Shown: positions 1-11,342, numbered from the whole stretch's first letter. The stretch: 63,997 nucleotides of DNA, filler included, from Diploschistes diacapsis (GCA_023645945.1; 18 parts of 18 records of this genome joined end to end with filler, not necessarily neighbours in it); one strand, 5' to 3'. The notes: generated by a model from the sequence alone, not told the origin. Program-made: numbers and translations.

Positions 1-406
1 GGGAGTGCACGGTGGGTGGGGATGATCGGGATGAAAGGTCTTTGTGGAACTGAGTTTTGGAAAGCCTGGCGATGAGGGGACCTGATACGGGGAAGGCTGG
101 GAAACGGGAAATGCCCTTACGGCCGACCTGGCAGCCTCCTCGAGCTTCTCCTTGCGTCGGCCGAGCGCATAGACCTTGGCCGCGCCGTTGGCGTCGAGCG
201 CTTGCGCCATCATCAGGCCAATGCCTGGTATGCGTCATTAGTATGGCGAACTGGCCAAGGGGGCGCGCGGGGTGGGGTGTATATGAGAGAGGAAGGGGCC
301 CGCTTGGCGGACGAGAAAAGGGAAAAAAATTACCGCTTCCGGCGCCCGTGATGACGAAGACCATGTCTTGGACGTTGAAGAGGCTTGCGGCGCTGAAGGA
401 GGCCAT
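1..406 (-). CDS. Short-chain dehydrogenase/reductase, 5' part (runs off window start)
   Basis: ATG at 406. Exon 406-334 MASFSAASLFNVQDMVFVITGAGS, intron GTAATT..CTAAT..CAG, exon 224-121 GIGLMMAQALDANGAAKVYALGRRKEKL. Together these give the TGxGxGIG Rossmann motif. Confidence 0.85.
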   Translation of the reverse strand, partial: MASFSAASLFNVQDMVFVITGAGSGNFFPFSRPPSGPLPLSYTPHPARPLGQFAILMTHTRHWPDDGASARRQRRGQGLCARPTQGEARGGCQVGRKGISRFPAFPVSGPLIARLSKTQFHKDLSSRSSPPTVHS

Positions 407-658
407 GTTGTGATGGGCAACTACGGTATCGGGTTGGGACGGCCTAGAGGAGAATGTTTTTCTACTGCGTTTAGAGAGTGGTAGTTGCGGCTGTTGTACG
501 GGATGCTGGTATTTATAGGCATTTTGCAGGGCGATTCGGGAGCACCACCTACTCCCTACCTCGGTTATATAATATCATGTGTCTGGCGACACAAGGAGTA
601 AGAAAATCTAGGCTTAAAAAACTGGGTATGGAACATCCTGAACGTTTGTGGGTTCAAA

Positions 659-840
659 GGTTGAACCCCGTAGGGCAGTAGGGCTGGTATCTAGACTATT
701 TATTTATTTATACCCTGCTCCCACCTAGATAGTTCCTTCTTTACCTTTTCGAATCTGAACCATTCAGCCTATAGATGCCAGTTACACGTAATCCTTCCGG
801 ATCAGGCTCAGCCCCCGGTAGTGTAGCACCTATTCCTGTA
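659..840. repeat. Dispersed repeat, probable solo-LTR; second copy at 63478-63658
   Basis: Shared blocks tagggctggtatcta, cctagatagtt, ttttcgaatc and gttacacgtaatccttccggat. The second copy differs mostly by C>T/G>A changes. No TSD found. Confidence 0.7.
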
Positions 841-1173
841 GGGGCGTTCTAATTTCTTTTAAAACGCCTTAGGGTTTAAAACGATAAATTTATTCATTTA
901 ATAATCCTAATACCCGCATGTAATTTTTTTTTCGGTTTTAGGTTTAATGTATTTTTTAGTTATATTATTAATCACAATCGCTTTGTTGATGTCAGAACCC
1001 TTTTTATGAGCTTGCTGGAAGAAATCTTCCGGGGACTTTTTCTTCGGTAACGCCGATAGTAATGGAGCAATGAGATAAAAACGTAAAGCACGAGATCGCA
1101 AAATAAATAGAGATAGAGAAAGTGTGTGTATGTATGTATCAAATAAACAACAAACAACCAACATATCCCACAA

Positions 1174-2229
1174 ATGACCAGAACCTACCCCAAATCTTTG
1201 CCACAAAATCGCAATCGCATCCCCAAGAGCAGCACCTCCGACGCCGCCTCCGAAGGTCTCGCGGGAGAAGAGGCTCTCTTCAGGGAGCCGGAAGGTTATT
1301 TCAAGCCGGAAAAGGCACCCACGACGGCAGAGTATGCCCTGCTCGACGGACGCGTGCTGCAATTGGGGCTCGTGGGGGAGAGTCCGCTTTGGGTGAGCAG
1401 TTTTGCAGATGGTTTCTTTTTTGTTGATGGTGTATTGGTATTATACTATGTATTCCACACCTATGCTCTTTTCTCCTATTATTCTCCTTTTTTTGGGACC
1501 TTTATTAGGGTGTGTATTCACGCAGACAGCAAGCCCAGTCGCTGATACACTTCGCCGCGAACAAAGGGTCATATCCTCTGGAATGCATCCCAGGCAACGG
1601 CCAGGTACCTCCAGGAGCATACCGCGACACTAGTACGAGGGAAGGATGTGCTCGAGCTCGGCGCCGGCGCTGGGCTGCCCGGAATCGTGTGTGGCATTGA
1701 AGGGGCGAAGAGGGTACGTCTCTTGTTTCGTTTTGTTTAATTTCCTGCCCTTTTGGGCGACAAGGCAAGGGTGAGTGACGAGCGACGGAGCGCGGTGAGT
1801 CATTAAGTACTAGGAGACGAGACGGAGTAGGGGGACTGGGCACTGAAGGGTTCTGACACCGCAGCTACTTGCGCAAATACAATTGTTTGGGATAAAAAGG
1901 ACGGAGGATGTCCAAGGGCTTATCGGTCGAAACAGGTCGTGATAACAGACTATCCGGATCCGCCCCTGATCGAGAATATAAAGGCGAACATCGAGAAGCA
2001 CAGGCACTTGTTCGGGAAGGGAAGCGAGGCGGTTGCTGCCGTATGTCCTCAACCCCCCACCCGTTTCGCTCTTCCTTCCCCAAACTGCATCCCCATCCCC
2101 ATCCTCGGTTATCACCCCTCTACCTTTCTCCATCTCTGAATCCCCGCAACAGGGCTACCTCTGGGGCACGCCTCCTCCACCATCCTTCTTCCCCAACCAC
2201 GCCCTCAACCCTCCATCTCCATCTCCATC
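1174..2229 (+). CDS. EFM7: Protein N-terminal/lysine methyltransferase EFM7/NNT1 (METTL21/Methyltransf_16 type), truncated by gap
   Basis: Exons 1174-1392, 1567-1713, 1936-2040 and 2153-gap read LVGESPLW|GHILWNAS..VLELGAGAGLPGIV..|VITDYPD..|GYLWG. All introns are GT-AG. Confidence 0.85.
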
Positions 2230-2329
2230 NNNNNNNNNNNNNNNNNNNNNNNNNNNNNNNNNNNNNNNNNNNNTTAATTAATTAANNNNNNNNNNNNNNN
2301 NNNNNNNNNNNNNNNNNNNNNNNNNNNNN
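2230..2329. other. Artificial 100-nt contig spacer (N44-TTAATTAATTAA-N44); 17 in the window
   Basis: Identical spacers start at 2230, 4559, 6881, 31729, 34050, 36371, 38685, 40999, 43312, 45625, 47937, 50248, 52559, 54868, 57174, 59477 and 61780. The 12-mer gives stops in all six frames. Confidence 0.98.
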
Positions 2330-2367
2330 CGGAATCTGGGGGTGGCCGGAATCCCCGTCAAACACGT
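2330..2367 (-). mobile_element. Fot1/pogo (Tc1-mariner) terminal inverted repeat
   Basis: Ends ...ccccgtcaaacacgt followed by TA. Reverse complement of 2630-2667. Confidence 0.75.
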
Positions 2368-2629
2368 TATACTTAATTCATACATCCATTACTTATATAC
2401 TTTAAAGAAATTACTTCGTTATATTCGAAAAATAAAGTATATTAAGATTTAATTTAATATTAAATCTAAAAAGATAAAACTACGGGATATTCCGACGCAG
2501 ATTATAAGGGAAATAAGTTAAATCGAAAGTTTACGTATAAATATATCTTCTAATTATGCGGTAAATTAATATCTCAAATAACCAAGACATAAAGCACAGT
2601 TTTAACGTCAACTGTAAAAATTAAGTATA

Positions 2630-2683
2630 ACGTGTTTGACGGGGATTCCGGCCACCCCCAGATTCCGGCCACTTTTGCCAAGA
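2630..2683 (+). mobile_element. Fot1/pogo TIR; same family at 62855-62907
   Basis: TA-ACGTGTTTGACGGGGATTCCGGCCACCCCCAGATTCCGGCCAC. A related TIR at 55830-55872 flanks a pogo transposase N-terminus. Confidence 0.75.
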
Positions 2684-3093
2684 AATAGTTTAAATCTTCA
2701 ATAATTCTTCGAAATTAACCGTTATTTTCATTTTTATTTCAAAATATTACTTTTTAATCAATTATCTATCATAAATAAAAAGTGCATATTGATTACGTCA
2801 TCAATTAACTTTTTTAAGCGAATTAAAAAGGAAGACTCGAAAAAACGGACTTTTGAATCTTTTAAAATCGGCTTTAACCAAGCAAGAAATATTTTATTTA
2901 AATATATCATTACGAGTGGTATTATGCGTTAAGTTTAATAAAAATATAAAAAAAACGCTTTTTCGACGTTATACGGTCGTTGTGTGACCTTTTTCATCAT
3001 TTTTCAGTCATCTTAGAAAATTTAGATTAAGCGAAAACTAGCCGTTTGTTACGATTCAAGTAATTAAGTGGTAGTCCATTTAGCACTTTATAG

Positions 3094-3604
3094 TAGGCTG
3101 GCCGTTACTGATACTGACACGGCCGTGTCAGTGACACGGATACTGATAGTGTTAGGATCCGTGTTTTAGATTTTTTTGCTGTGGTGTCCGTGTCCGTGGA
3201 TTTATAGAAATATAGTGTTCGTGTTAATGTCCGTGTTTTAGATTTTTTAATTGCGGTGTCCGTGTCCGTGGATTCACGGAAATACAATGTCCGTGTCAGT
3301 GTCCGTGTTTTAAAATTTTTAATTACGATGTCCGTATCCGTATCCGTGTTTTTAAAAATAATTTTTAAAAAATAAAAGCGTGAGAAATAAACGTAATAAT
3401 TTTAAAAATATTAAAAAAAAAAAAAGTGTTTTCGTGCTTTTACTATAGTGCAGTATCCGTGTTAATAAATTTACGGAAATATAATGTCCGTGTTAGTATC
3501 CGTGTTTTAAAATTTTAATTATAGTGTCCGTGTCGGTGTCCGTGTTTTGAAAATTTTTACTGTAATGTCCGTGTCAGTGACCGTAGCACGAAACGGCCAG
3601 CCTA
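3094..3604. mobile_element. Non-autonomous TIR element (MITE, hAT-like ends) with many GTGTCCGTG subterminal repeats, inserted into an LTR fragment (3047-3093)
   Basis: Perfect 12-bp TIR TAGGCTGGCCGT/ACGGCCAGCCTA and numerous tccgtg motifs. Second copy at 56297-56884. No 8-bp TSD preserved. Confidence 0.75.
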
Positions 3605-4141
3605 TAGACTACTATATATATAATACTAGCGATTATTTTTTAATATTAAATCTTATTAATTAATTCAGGCGAGTCACTTTATTTAATACCGCTATATCTA
3701 TTTAATATGATCTTTTTAAGTTTTATACGTATTCGTTATTATCTTAAACCGGTCGACTATCTTTTTAACGTAAACTTTTTAATTAAAGTTTAATTAAACT
3801 ATTTCCTAACGTTATCGATAAATTTTTATTTTTAGGATTTTTTTAATCTTCTTTAAATTGTTAATCTAATAACGTTTAACGAGAGTTTTTTTAAATTAAT
3901 TTATATCTTATAATTTAAGTATTATTACGATAACGTCGTCGACGTATCAATTAATTAATAACTTTCGAGTTTATAAGGTGAAGATATAGAAATCGACGTT
4001 GTATCTTTTGAATCCTAAATCTAGAATTATATTACCGTATTTCTCGTGTTAGTTCTTTATTGCTTATTTTAGTCCGTATAAGCTTTTATTGATCTTTCAG
4101 ATAGTATTCTTAGGGACGTTATATCTTTTAAATGACGTTAT

Positions 4142-4218
4142 TGTTACGATCCAAGTACCAGACTTGGCACGTCCTAGCTTTATATATAGATCAGTCACGG
4201 GACCAGGGGTCACGTGAT
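4142..4218 (+). repeat. 5' fragment of the TGTTACGATCCAAG Gypsy LTR family
   Basis: Same start at 3047, 38390, 54345, 56024, 56885 and (minus strand) 62342. Followed by TATATA and GTCACGTGA. Confidence 0.75.
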
Positions 4219-4229
4219 GCGCTTACTGC

Positions 4230-4558
4230 TTACGCTCATTCTCGTGAGCGGCGAGCAGGCTTTCGTTACCGCTCGACGGTCGCGTTTATTCTTGTAAGCG
4301 GCGAGTTTCGAAAATACCGCTCATTAGGCTTGCGGTGAACGGCGAGCGAGTTGATTATATATAAACACGATTTTATTTTCGTTGAAAAGGATATATTCAT
4401 TTTTATAAACATTTTAAATTATTATTCGGGATTAATTTATATTCGTTACTTTTATTATTTTAAAGTCTTCTTTTTAAAAAAAATCTAAGATTTATAATTT
4501 TTCTATCTTTTTTTTTTATTATATTTCTTTTTTAATAAAGACTAAACTTATTTTAATC
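4230..4558. repeat. Dispersed repeat, probably a DNA-transposon end; copies at 54812-54867 and (inverted) about 61880-62148
   Basis: cggtgaacggcgagcgagttgattatatataaacacga matches 54829-54867. The AT-rich part matches the reverse complement of 61930-62140. Confidence 0.6.
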
Positions 4559-4658
4559 NNNNNNNNNNNNNNNNNNNNNNNNNNNNNNNNNNNNNNNNNN
4601 NNTTAATTAATTAANNNNNNNNNNNNNNNNNNNNNNNNNNNNNNNNNNNNNNNNNNNN

Positions 4659-5616
4659 ATGATTCGAATGATTCAAAAGCCGATAAATTCGAACAGATAT
4701 GCGAGGTAGCTGCTGAATCAAGAATCCAGTCTGTTTGGTCGGAAGAGGAGAAACTAACTTCCGAATTGGGCTTAGTGTCCTCTAGCGATATAAGCGAGAC
4801 TAGCGTGGTTTCTGAATCCGGCTTAGCGCGTTTTGGTCTTTTTTCAGGATGTTTTTTCCAGCAATCATTGGTGTCATGTCCAGGTTTTTTGCAGGTAGGG
4901 CATTTTTTGACCTCCTTTTTTGGATCAGCGCTAGTTGCTTGGCGGCTATCGCTTGTTGATCGGTTAGCGTTTGTTGATCGGCCAGCGTTTGTCGGTCGGC
5001 TAGCTAACGCCATTTCGGTATCGATGTCGCCCTTTTTTGTCTTCAGCCGCACCGATTCGTCGATTAATTGAGAGAAAATGGTATTTAACTCAATATTAGG
5101 AGAATTGTTGTTCCGAATCTGCTGAGTAATCATCGCTACCAGTCCTTCGTAATCTTCAGTAAGATTATTCAGGGTCCAGGCGGCTATGACCTTGTTCGGA
5201 ATAATGATATTCCGTGCCGATAGGTCATCTGTTAGTTGCTTAATCTGATTGATATAAGCTTCCATCTTTCCCTTTTTGGCAAGCGTCGTTTCGAATAATT
5301 GTTTACACAACAATATTTCCGAGCTAAACCCCTTTGGCTGATAAAGCTCTTTCAGGGTGTTCCATGCCTTTTTCGGTTCGGTGGCATTTCGGATCTGTAG
5401 CAGGGGTCCATCTTCGAGACCTAGCCTAATGTAGGCTAGCGCCTTTCGGCCCATTGCTTCCCGCTCGGGTATATCGGCGGGTCTAAGCGGTATTGGACTG
5501 TCGATCATGACGTCATAATACCCTTTTTCGGTTAGTACGGCCTCCATCCGTATTGACCAGATATCCCAATTATCGCTGCCGCGTAACTTGGGGATCTTCA
5601 TGACTGAATCGCCCAT
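4659..5616 (-). CDS. Ty1/Copia gag-protease polyprotein N-terminus, open to the contig end
   Basis: Uninterrupted ORF with IPKLRGSDNWDIWSIRMEAVL (Copia gag N-term), CCHC knuckle CPTCKKPGHDTNDC and aspartyl protease WILDSAATSHI. Confidence 0.92.
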
Positions 5617-5748
5617 TTTGCCGAATGGGGACTAGCGTCGTCCTAATAGGGAATAGCTTGTGAGAGAATGGATTAGGTGACCCCAGGGTGCTGTGATCCA
5701 AAAGTAGATATTTCGTACTAGTGTTGCCTAAATAGGAATAGTCGCTCC

Positions 5749-5833
5749 GGGCTCATAACCTGTTGAAAGTGAACCACTACGCCAAAAGATGCGCACCTTT
5801 TAGCAAGCAGCAGTTCATGTTTATATTCCGACA
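5749..5833 (-). mobile_element. Copia 5' LTR (73 bp, 5761-5833) and primer-binding site (5749-5760)
   Basis: TG...CA termini. GGTTATGAGCCC lies immediately inside, the Copia-type PBS complementary to the tRNA-iMet anticodon arm. The outer boundary is confirmed by the near-identical LTRs at 62908 and 63135. Confidence 0.85.
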
Positions 5834-6731
5834 TCTTTAGGCGGTGTATCCAGTTTCTATATATTTTGCTTAATTAGTTTAGTTATTTCGACCTTCATAG
5901 CCTCCCATCATTTCTCTTAATCGTTACGTGACATCGCGTTTTCGTAACTAACCGGATCGGGTATAACAATAAAAACTAAGTTTCCAGTTAGCTGGTCCAC
6001 TAGATTGATTAATTTATCGTCGATATCCATATTTAAACTAACGTCGTCGTTTAGGTTATTTAGATCGCCTGAATCGCCTAGATCGCTTATATCGCCTATT
6101 TTTGTGTCAATATTAATATCGTTGCTATCAACATCCTCCGGTAGGTTATCGAGAGTAGATCGATTAGAATACGTCATTTTTTCTAAATCTTCCAAAATAA
6201 ATAATTCAGGGTCTAATATGCTAGCCTGAGTAGGCTTAACGCTTTCGAGAACAGTCACATTTTTAACGAATAATGTTTTGTTATTATTTTAGTTTAGGAA
6301 TTTATACTAATTAGATTTATACCCTAATAATAAGTAAGACTTTACTTTAAGATTTAGCTTCGATTTAATTGGCTCGGTCCGATAAACTAGTAAACCGAAT
6401 ATCCGAATATGTTTTAGATTAAATAAACTGCCTATCTTTCGAAAATAAGGGGTATCGTAATTAATAGCCGAATACGATGTTCGGTTATATAAGTAAATCG
6501 CGGTAATTAACGCCTTTCTTTAAAAGTGCTTATTAATCCTAGATTAAATTAGTAGCGATCTAATTTTATTCAATAAAGTCAAATTTAATCTTTTGACGGA
6601 ACCATTTTGTTCCGGCGAGTAAAGAGCGGAATAAGTAGCTATTATCCCTTTTTCGGCGAAAGAGTTAGTTATTGCCTTGCTTTTATATTCTAACGCGTTG
6701 TCAGAATAAAAGCGTTTAATTTTATAATCTA
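5834..6731 (-). mobile_element. RIP-degraded Copia pol (integrase to start of RT)
   Basis: IKRFYSDNALEY, YSPEQNGSVKRLN and PDPVSYENAMS..EK*WEAMKVEI, with many TAA/TAG stops. Confidence 0.85.
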
Positions 6732-6880
6732 TGTTAAGCAGACAGGCAGAAGGCATGGCTGGGAATATGACTGAGTTCTAGAAGGAGGTTCAGTTCAGCT
6801 GAACTTCCTGGAATTCCAACTAAACCGAATAAGAAATAGTGTAAATAATAAAGCTTAATATATCTCACGAAGATAAAAGT
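6732..6880 (+). repeat. LTR fragment of a second Copia family (copies at 55265-55503 and 60149-60340)
   Basis: tgttaagcagacaggcagaaggcatggctggga versus tgttgagcaggcaggcagaatgcatggctggga at 60149. All share ttcagctgaac. Confidence 0.7.
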
Positions 6881-7639
6881 NNNNNNNNNNNNNNNNNNNN
6901 NNNNNNNNNNNNNNNNNNNNNNNNTTAATTAATTAANNNNNNNNNNNNNNNNNNNNNNNNNNNNNNNNNNNNNNNNNNNNATTTCACGACACGTATCTAT
7001 CCTATCGTCACGGGTCTCTGGCCATTTAAGTTCCGCAAGCAGTATCTTCATTAACCGCGTCATGGAGAAATGGCTGCCTTGGAGGAGGACGACTACGCTA
7101 GAGGTTCGGAATAAAGGATAGGGCTCCGCTGCTTTTAGTTTATCCCTTCTCCGCTTTTGGGCGCTCCATGGTACAGCCGCAAGAATCGAGAGCAGGCCTC
7201 TAAAATAGCAATCACTGGAAAATATAGTACAATTGCTGGAAAAGGCAACCCGACGACCATCATATTGAGGCGCCGCAAAAGTAATCTCACTGTTGTATGC
7301 AGCTCATTCTCACCAAAGGCTCCACTGTCAGTATATCTAAGAGAATCCATTCCATTACATACATACGCGAACGCTCGCTCATAGTTGCTACAAACGTGAC
7401 GAGCAAGCTATTCCTACATCTACCTTGAACTGGGGCCATCACTCACAAACCTTCATATGCTCATTAGCGACCTACGTTTTTTCCTCTCTGCCTCCGCCTC
7501 ATGCTTTCGTCGCTTGAGCTCCTGCTGCGCCGCCTTTACCTCGACTTTGTGATCCTGGTCCCGCTTGGCTTGCTCGACGAATTGCTTCTGCCACGCGAAA
7601 CGCTCCGGGGCTTTTATAAGACCGCCCTTTCTTTTGGGG

Positions 7640-8570
7640 ATATCATATCGAGCAGTTATATCCAGATCAGATCATCCTGTTTCTTAAGGTAGGCTTCAAA
7701 GAGACTTCGGAGACCTCTACTGCAGCGGCTGCAGCTTGTCTACATCAACGACATCTTCTACTCTCTAACCCTTCCAACCATCAAATTCTCTCTACTTTGG
7801 AAGATATTTTACCGCGTTCGGGCCTTTTATTTCGCCACAATCGCTGTCAGCGTCATCGTCTTCTGCTGGATCGCGGCCACTCTATTCACGCAGATCATCT
7901 CTTGCAGCCCTATAGAGGGAGTATGGAACGTTAAGATCCCTCAACCTGCATCGACACAATAAAACTCTACTACGGCAACGCCATCTCAAATCTTTTAACG
8001 GGCGGCATTATTCTGCCTCTCCCCATGCCACTGGTCTGGCGTCTGTAGATGAACTTCGAGAAAAAAGTCGGCCTATCCGGTGTCATTCTCCTCGGCAGTT
8101 TATGAGTTCACACCTCGGGAATTTTGACCGTGGTACTGACTTTGCCAGCGTATGTATCAGTAACGTGCTTCGTATCGTGACATTCGGAGAGATACCGAGG
8201 ATATAACCTGTGAAAACCCCCCCTTATCCCAGCCTCATTGCCGCTTCATAGCTGATATGATAGATACGCTCGGCCTTACCGCGATCTAGACCGCCGTCGA
8301 GGTTCCTCTAGCGGCGTGTGCGCTTGCCTACCAACATTCGCAGGTTTATTCAAGTCCTGGCACCAGAGCACCGGGTCCTCCAGAAGCTTTAGCAACATGT
8401 CTCTGCTTCGATTCCTTAGGTCAAAGGCGAGTACGCAGCAACAGAATACCTATGGCTCCTACGAAAACCTTGGGCACGAGATGGCAACAGGGAGTAGTAA
8501 GGCTTCGGATACTAAATCGGCGAATTTTTGGCACCCTAAGGCAGAGGCAAAGACGTCTAGCTCGCGCTAA
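7640..8570 (+). pseudogene. PTH11-like / rhodopsin-domain integral membrane protein, disrupted
   Basis: IFYSLTLPTIKFSLL, QIISCSPIEGVWN, GNAISNLLT..LPMPLVWRL*MNFEKKVGL and TAVEVPL..CACLPTF. Contains in-frame TAG stops and frameshifts. Confidence 0.8.
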
Positions 8571-8929
8571 GAGTATATATTGCAGCTTTTCCATGTCTAA
8601 AATTGCATCATCTTAGACTTTAAGAACGTGTAGTTTCAGACGGTTCAGTGCTGCCTTCCTAATCAGGTTCTCGCTTCTACTATATGTATGAATATTCTAT
8701 CGTTCAGTCTTTCATTTTATATTGGATTTTGATATATCAAATACTGTGTATAAAGACTATAACTACTTCAAACAATAATAAAGAGCGAAATTATACCTCT
8801 ATCATCATATGCATAGTGGGCCCTAAGCCAATATGCCACTTCTCTACCTAGTTGCGATCCTTGGAAATCGCTTGATTCACGTAGCTGCACTTAAGTGTAA
8901 TGGTTGGGTGACTAATCTGTATCGCATTT

Positions 8930-10289
8930 CTACTTAGGCTTACGCTCGTCCTCATCCTCGGTAGCCTCCACCGCTAGCTCCACCATGTCCTTTTTGTGGG
9001 TCAGGAAGATACTGTGGTTCCTATCATAAATCTCCATCCTCAACGGTACCTCATCCTCTTTCACCTTCTTTAACATTACATCCTGGCCTGGTACACACCT
9101 GGTACCGCATGATCCTGCAGCGTCTTGACGTACCAGCAACGGCAGCAGTTTCTCGACCTGCTTCTTCTCCATGCCGTTTTAGAACAGTTCCGCTGCGTTC
9201 ACCGGGAAGCACGATCCGTCCTCCGCATCCTCGACGTAGAACGGCTATAGATACGCGACGCCGGCCTGTTCGACGACATCCCAGACGCTGCCACCCGGTG
9301 GAAGTATGTAGGGACAGAGGTACAGCAAATGGATCACCCCTCCAGCCTTGCCCTGCGCCTGCCGCGTGGGCAGCTTAAGCCCTTCCATAGCGTCGGTACC
9401 CACAGCTCCGCCGTAAGAGTGCATCAGCATGAGGACATGCTCACCGACGTTAACCAGAAGTAGAACAGTAGTTCGTACGGCGGCGATATCGTCGAAGAGC
9501 GAAGCGGGAGGAGAAAGCTGCCCGCTGCAGGTGGGGAGGGGAAGATAATGGACAGTAAAGCCGCGGGTGCGCAGAACAGAGATGAAGGAGATGTAGGTAA
9601 CGGGCGTGTGCTACGCGCCATAAACGAGGGCAATGGTCGGAAGAACAACAGTTATAGTGACTTCAAGACGAGCTGAGGTATGCCTGATGTCGATACAGCA
9701 AGCGACGTACTAAGAAGAGCTAACAGATTGCGCAAGACCGGTGAGGCATCTTCCCGAATGATGAAAACTAGTAGCCTGATATGGACAACATCATAGCGTT
9801 CCTTCAAGTCTTCTGGCACCGCGGAGAAAACGTTCCACTTTCTCAACGTTACATTGGAGGGAAGCCATTTCCGAGGTGGCGCTTGCGAAATATCAACATC
9901 CAGCCCATCCAGCCTCGTCGTTACAGGAACAAGTGCGGAGAGGTCATTTAACCAGATGCTTGGTTTTCACATTAAGCCCCAAAAATAAGCATCTAAGATG
10001 GTGGCACCTGCGCGCTTCCGGTACTGACATCTGCTATGCTTAAATTACCGGCAGCATACGAGTCGTGTATGTTAGGATGGAGGGGAGAAAGTGCTACTCA
10101 GCTCCAAAATTCTGCGCAAAAAGGATGGTTGAAAGCATCTCCAGGCTCAAAGAGACTTTTGTAAGGGATGATATACAGATGAGTCAGCTGCCATCTGCGT
10201 CGTACTGTTCGTATTCCAGTTTCTGATGCGTTAAGCAGGATTGAGGTAACATCAGGAGAGACAGACTGTGGTGCTTCGCTGGAGCCCAT
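8930..10289 (-). pseudogene. Class I SAM-dependent methyltransferase (secondary-metabolite type), probably disrupted
   Basis: LHPNI..IADVSTGS, IWLNDLS..LDGLDVDISQAPP..WLPSNVTLRKWNVFSAVPEDLKERYDVVHIRLL. Motif I is degenerate and frameshifts are needed. Confidence 0.7.
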
Positions 10290-10535
10290 TCTAATCGATC
10301 ATCCGGAAGCTCAAGTTAAGGGTAATGCAACACAAAGAGATTACCAGGTGAGCTCTGCCCAGAGCAGCTACGTGCTACGTGCCTTTGCTTGAGAGAAGTA
10401 ATTGGGGCAAAAGAATGAATGTAGCTGCGGTACAACTTTAGCTCGGAGCACTCAGATGGTCCTATTCGTTGATGTGGCACACAACTCTGTTGACATTGAC
10501 CGCACTGATCGGCGCTAGTTCGGCGTCCCCTCGGG

Positions 10536-11342
10536 TCAATTCGCTTTGTTTTGAGAATCTTGGACTCGGGTCAGCATCTCAGAAATACTTAAACACAGCT
10601 TTTTAAGGTCCTCGCCTTCCGCAGGAACACCATGGCCGCCACTGTGCGTAAGGTCCCAACGCTCCTCGCTATGCCGAGCTTTGCCAAAGGTGGGCCCATG
10701 CCTGGGAAGTCTGCATCATCTGCGGCCCAGCAATTTACTACCGGCAGATGTATCAGAGCGGGTTTGTCGCCACCTGGTTCCATCTGGCGAACCGTGCCCT
10801 GCAGCAGGCTTCGGTAGTCGAAGGGCAGGCCACCACATAGAAAAATAGCGCAGCGGAACGGTAGGCCACCAGCAACGCATGCAGGATCCCCTTGCGCTTT
10901 GATCAACAACATTGCGGCTAAGACGGCGCCTTGCGAAAAGCCGATCACTCCATCGAATGGTCCATTAGCTGCGACGAGCTCTTTAAGCGACGAGACTGCC
11001 TCCAAGATGCTGGATGAAGAGTGACCGTCGAGGTATGAATAGCATGCCGTGTGCTTGCCAAAAATGTCTTGGATCCCCTGCGCTGGAGGCCAGGGACTGG
11101 CCCCGTCGATAAATTCGTACTGATGCTTGTCTTCGCTCAGTTCATAACGGAGAGAGGCTGCGTATTTGGGCTTGGATAAGCTTGTTGAAGTGGGTACGAT
11201 AGTGCTCTATAACATACCTGTTTGCTTTAAGAATCTAGGAAAATTAGTAAAACCATGACTAATTCAGTACACAGGATACGCTTTAAGACAGGGCCCATAT
11301 ATCACTGTTAGTCCCTATTCCATGCAAGCAGAGAAGACGCAT
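10536..11342 (-). pseudogene. Serine hydrolase, FSH1/LovG family (PKS product release), with a frameshift before the catalytic His
   Basis: MRLLCLHGIGTNS and GPFDGVIGFSQGAVLA are present. HSGGHGVP is in a different frame from GFSQG (shift near 10675). Confidence 0.8.

Noticed and set aside
1770..1860. C/D-box snoRNA candidate (GGTG-AGTGACGA...CTGA-CACC) in the EFM7 intron
   Set aside because: Box C is imperfect, no rRNA-complementary guide was recognised, and the motifs are better explained as a splice donor and branch point.
2274..2285. Recurrent palindrome TTAATTAATTAA as a biological motif
   Set aside because: Always centred in a 100-nt N run; it is an assembly spacer with six-frame stops.
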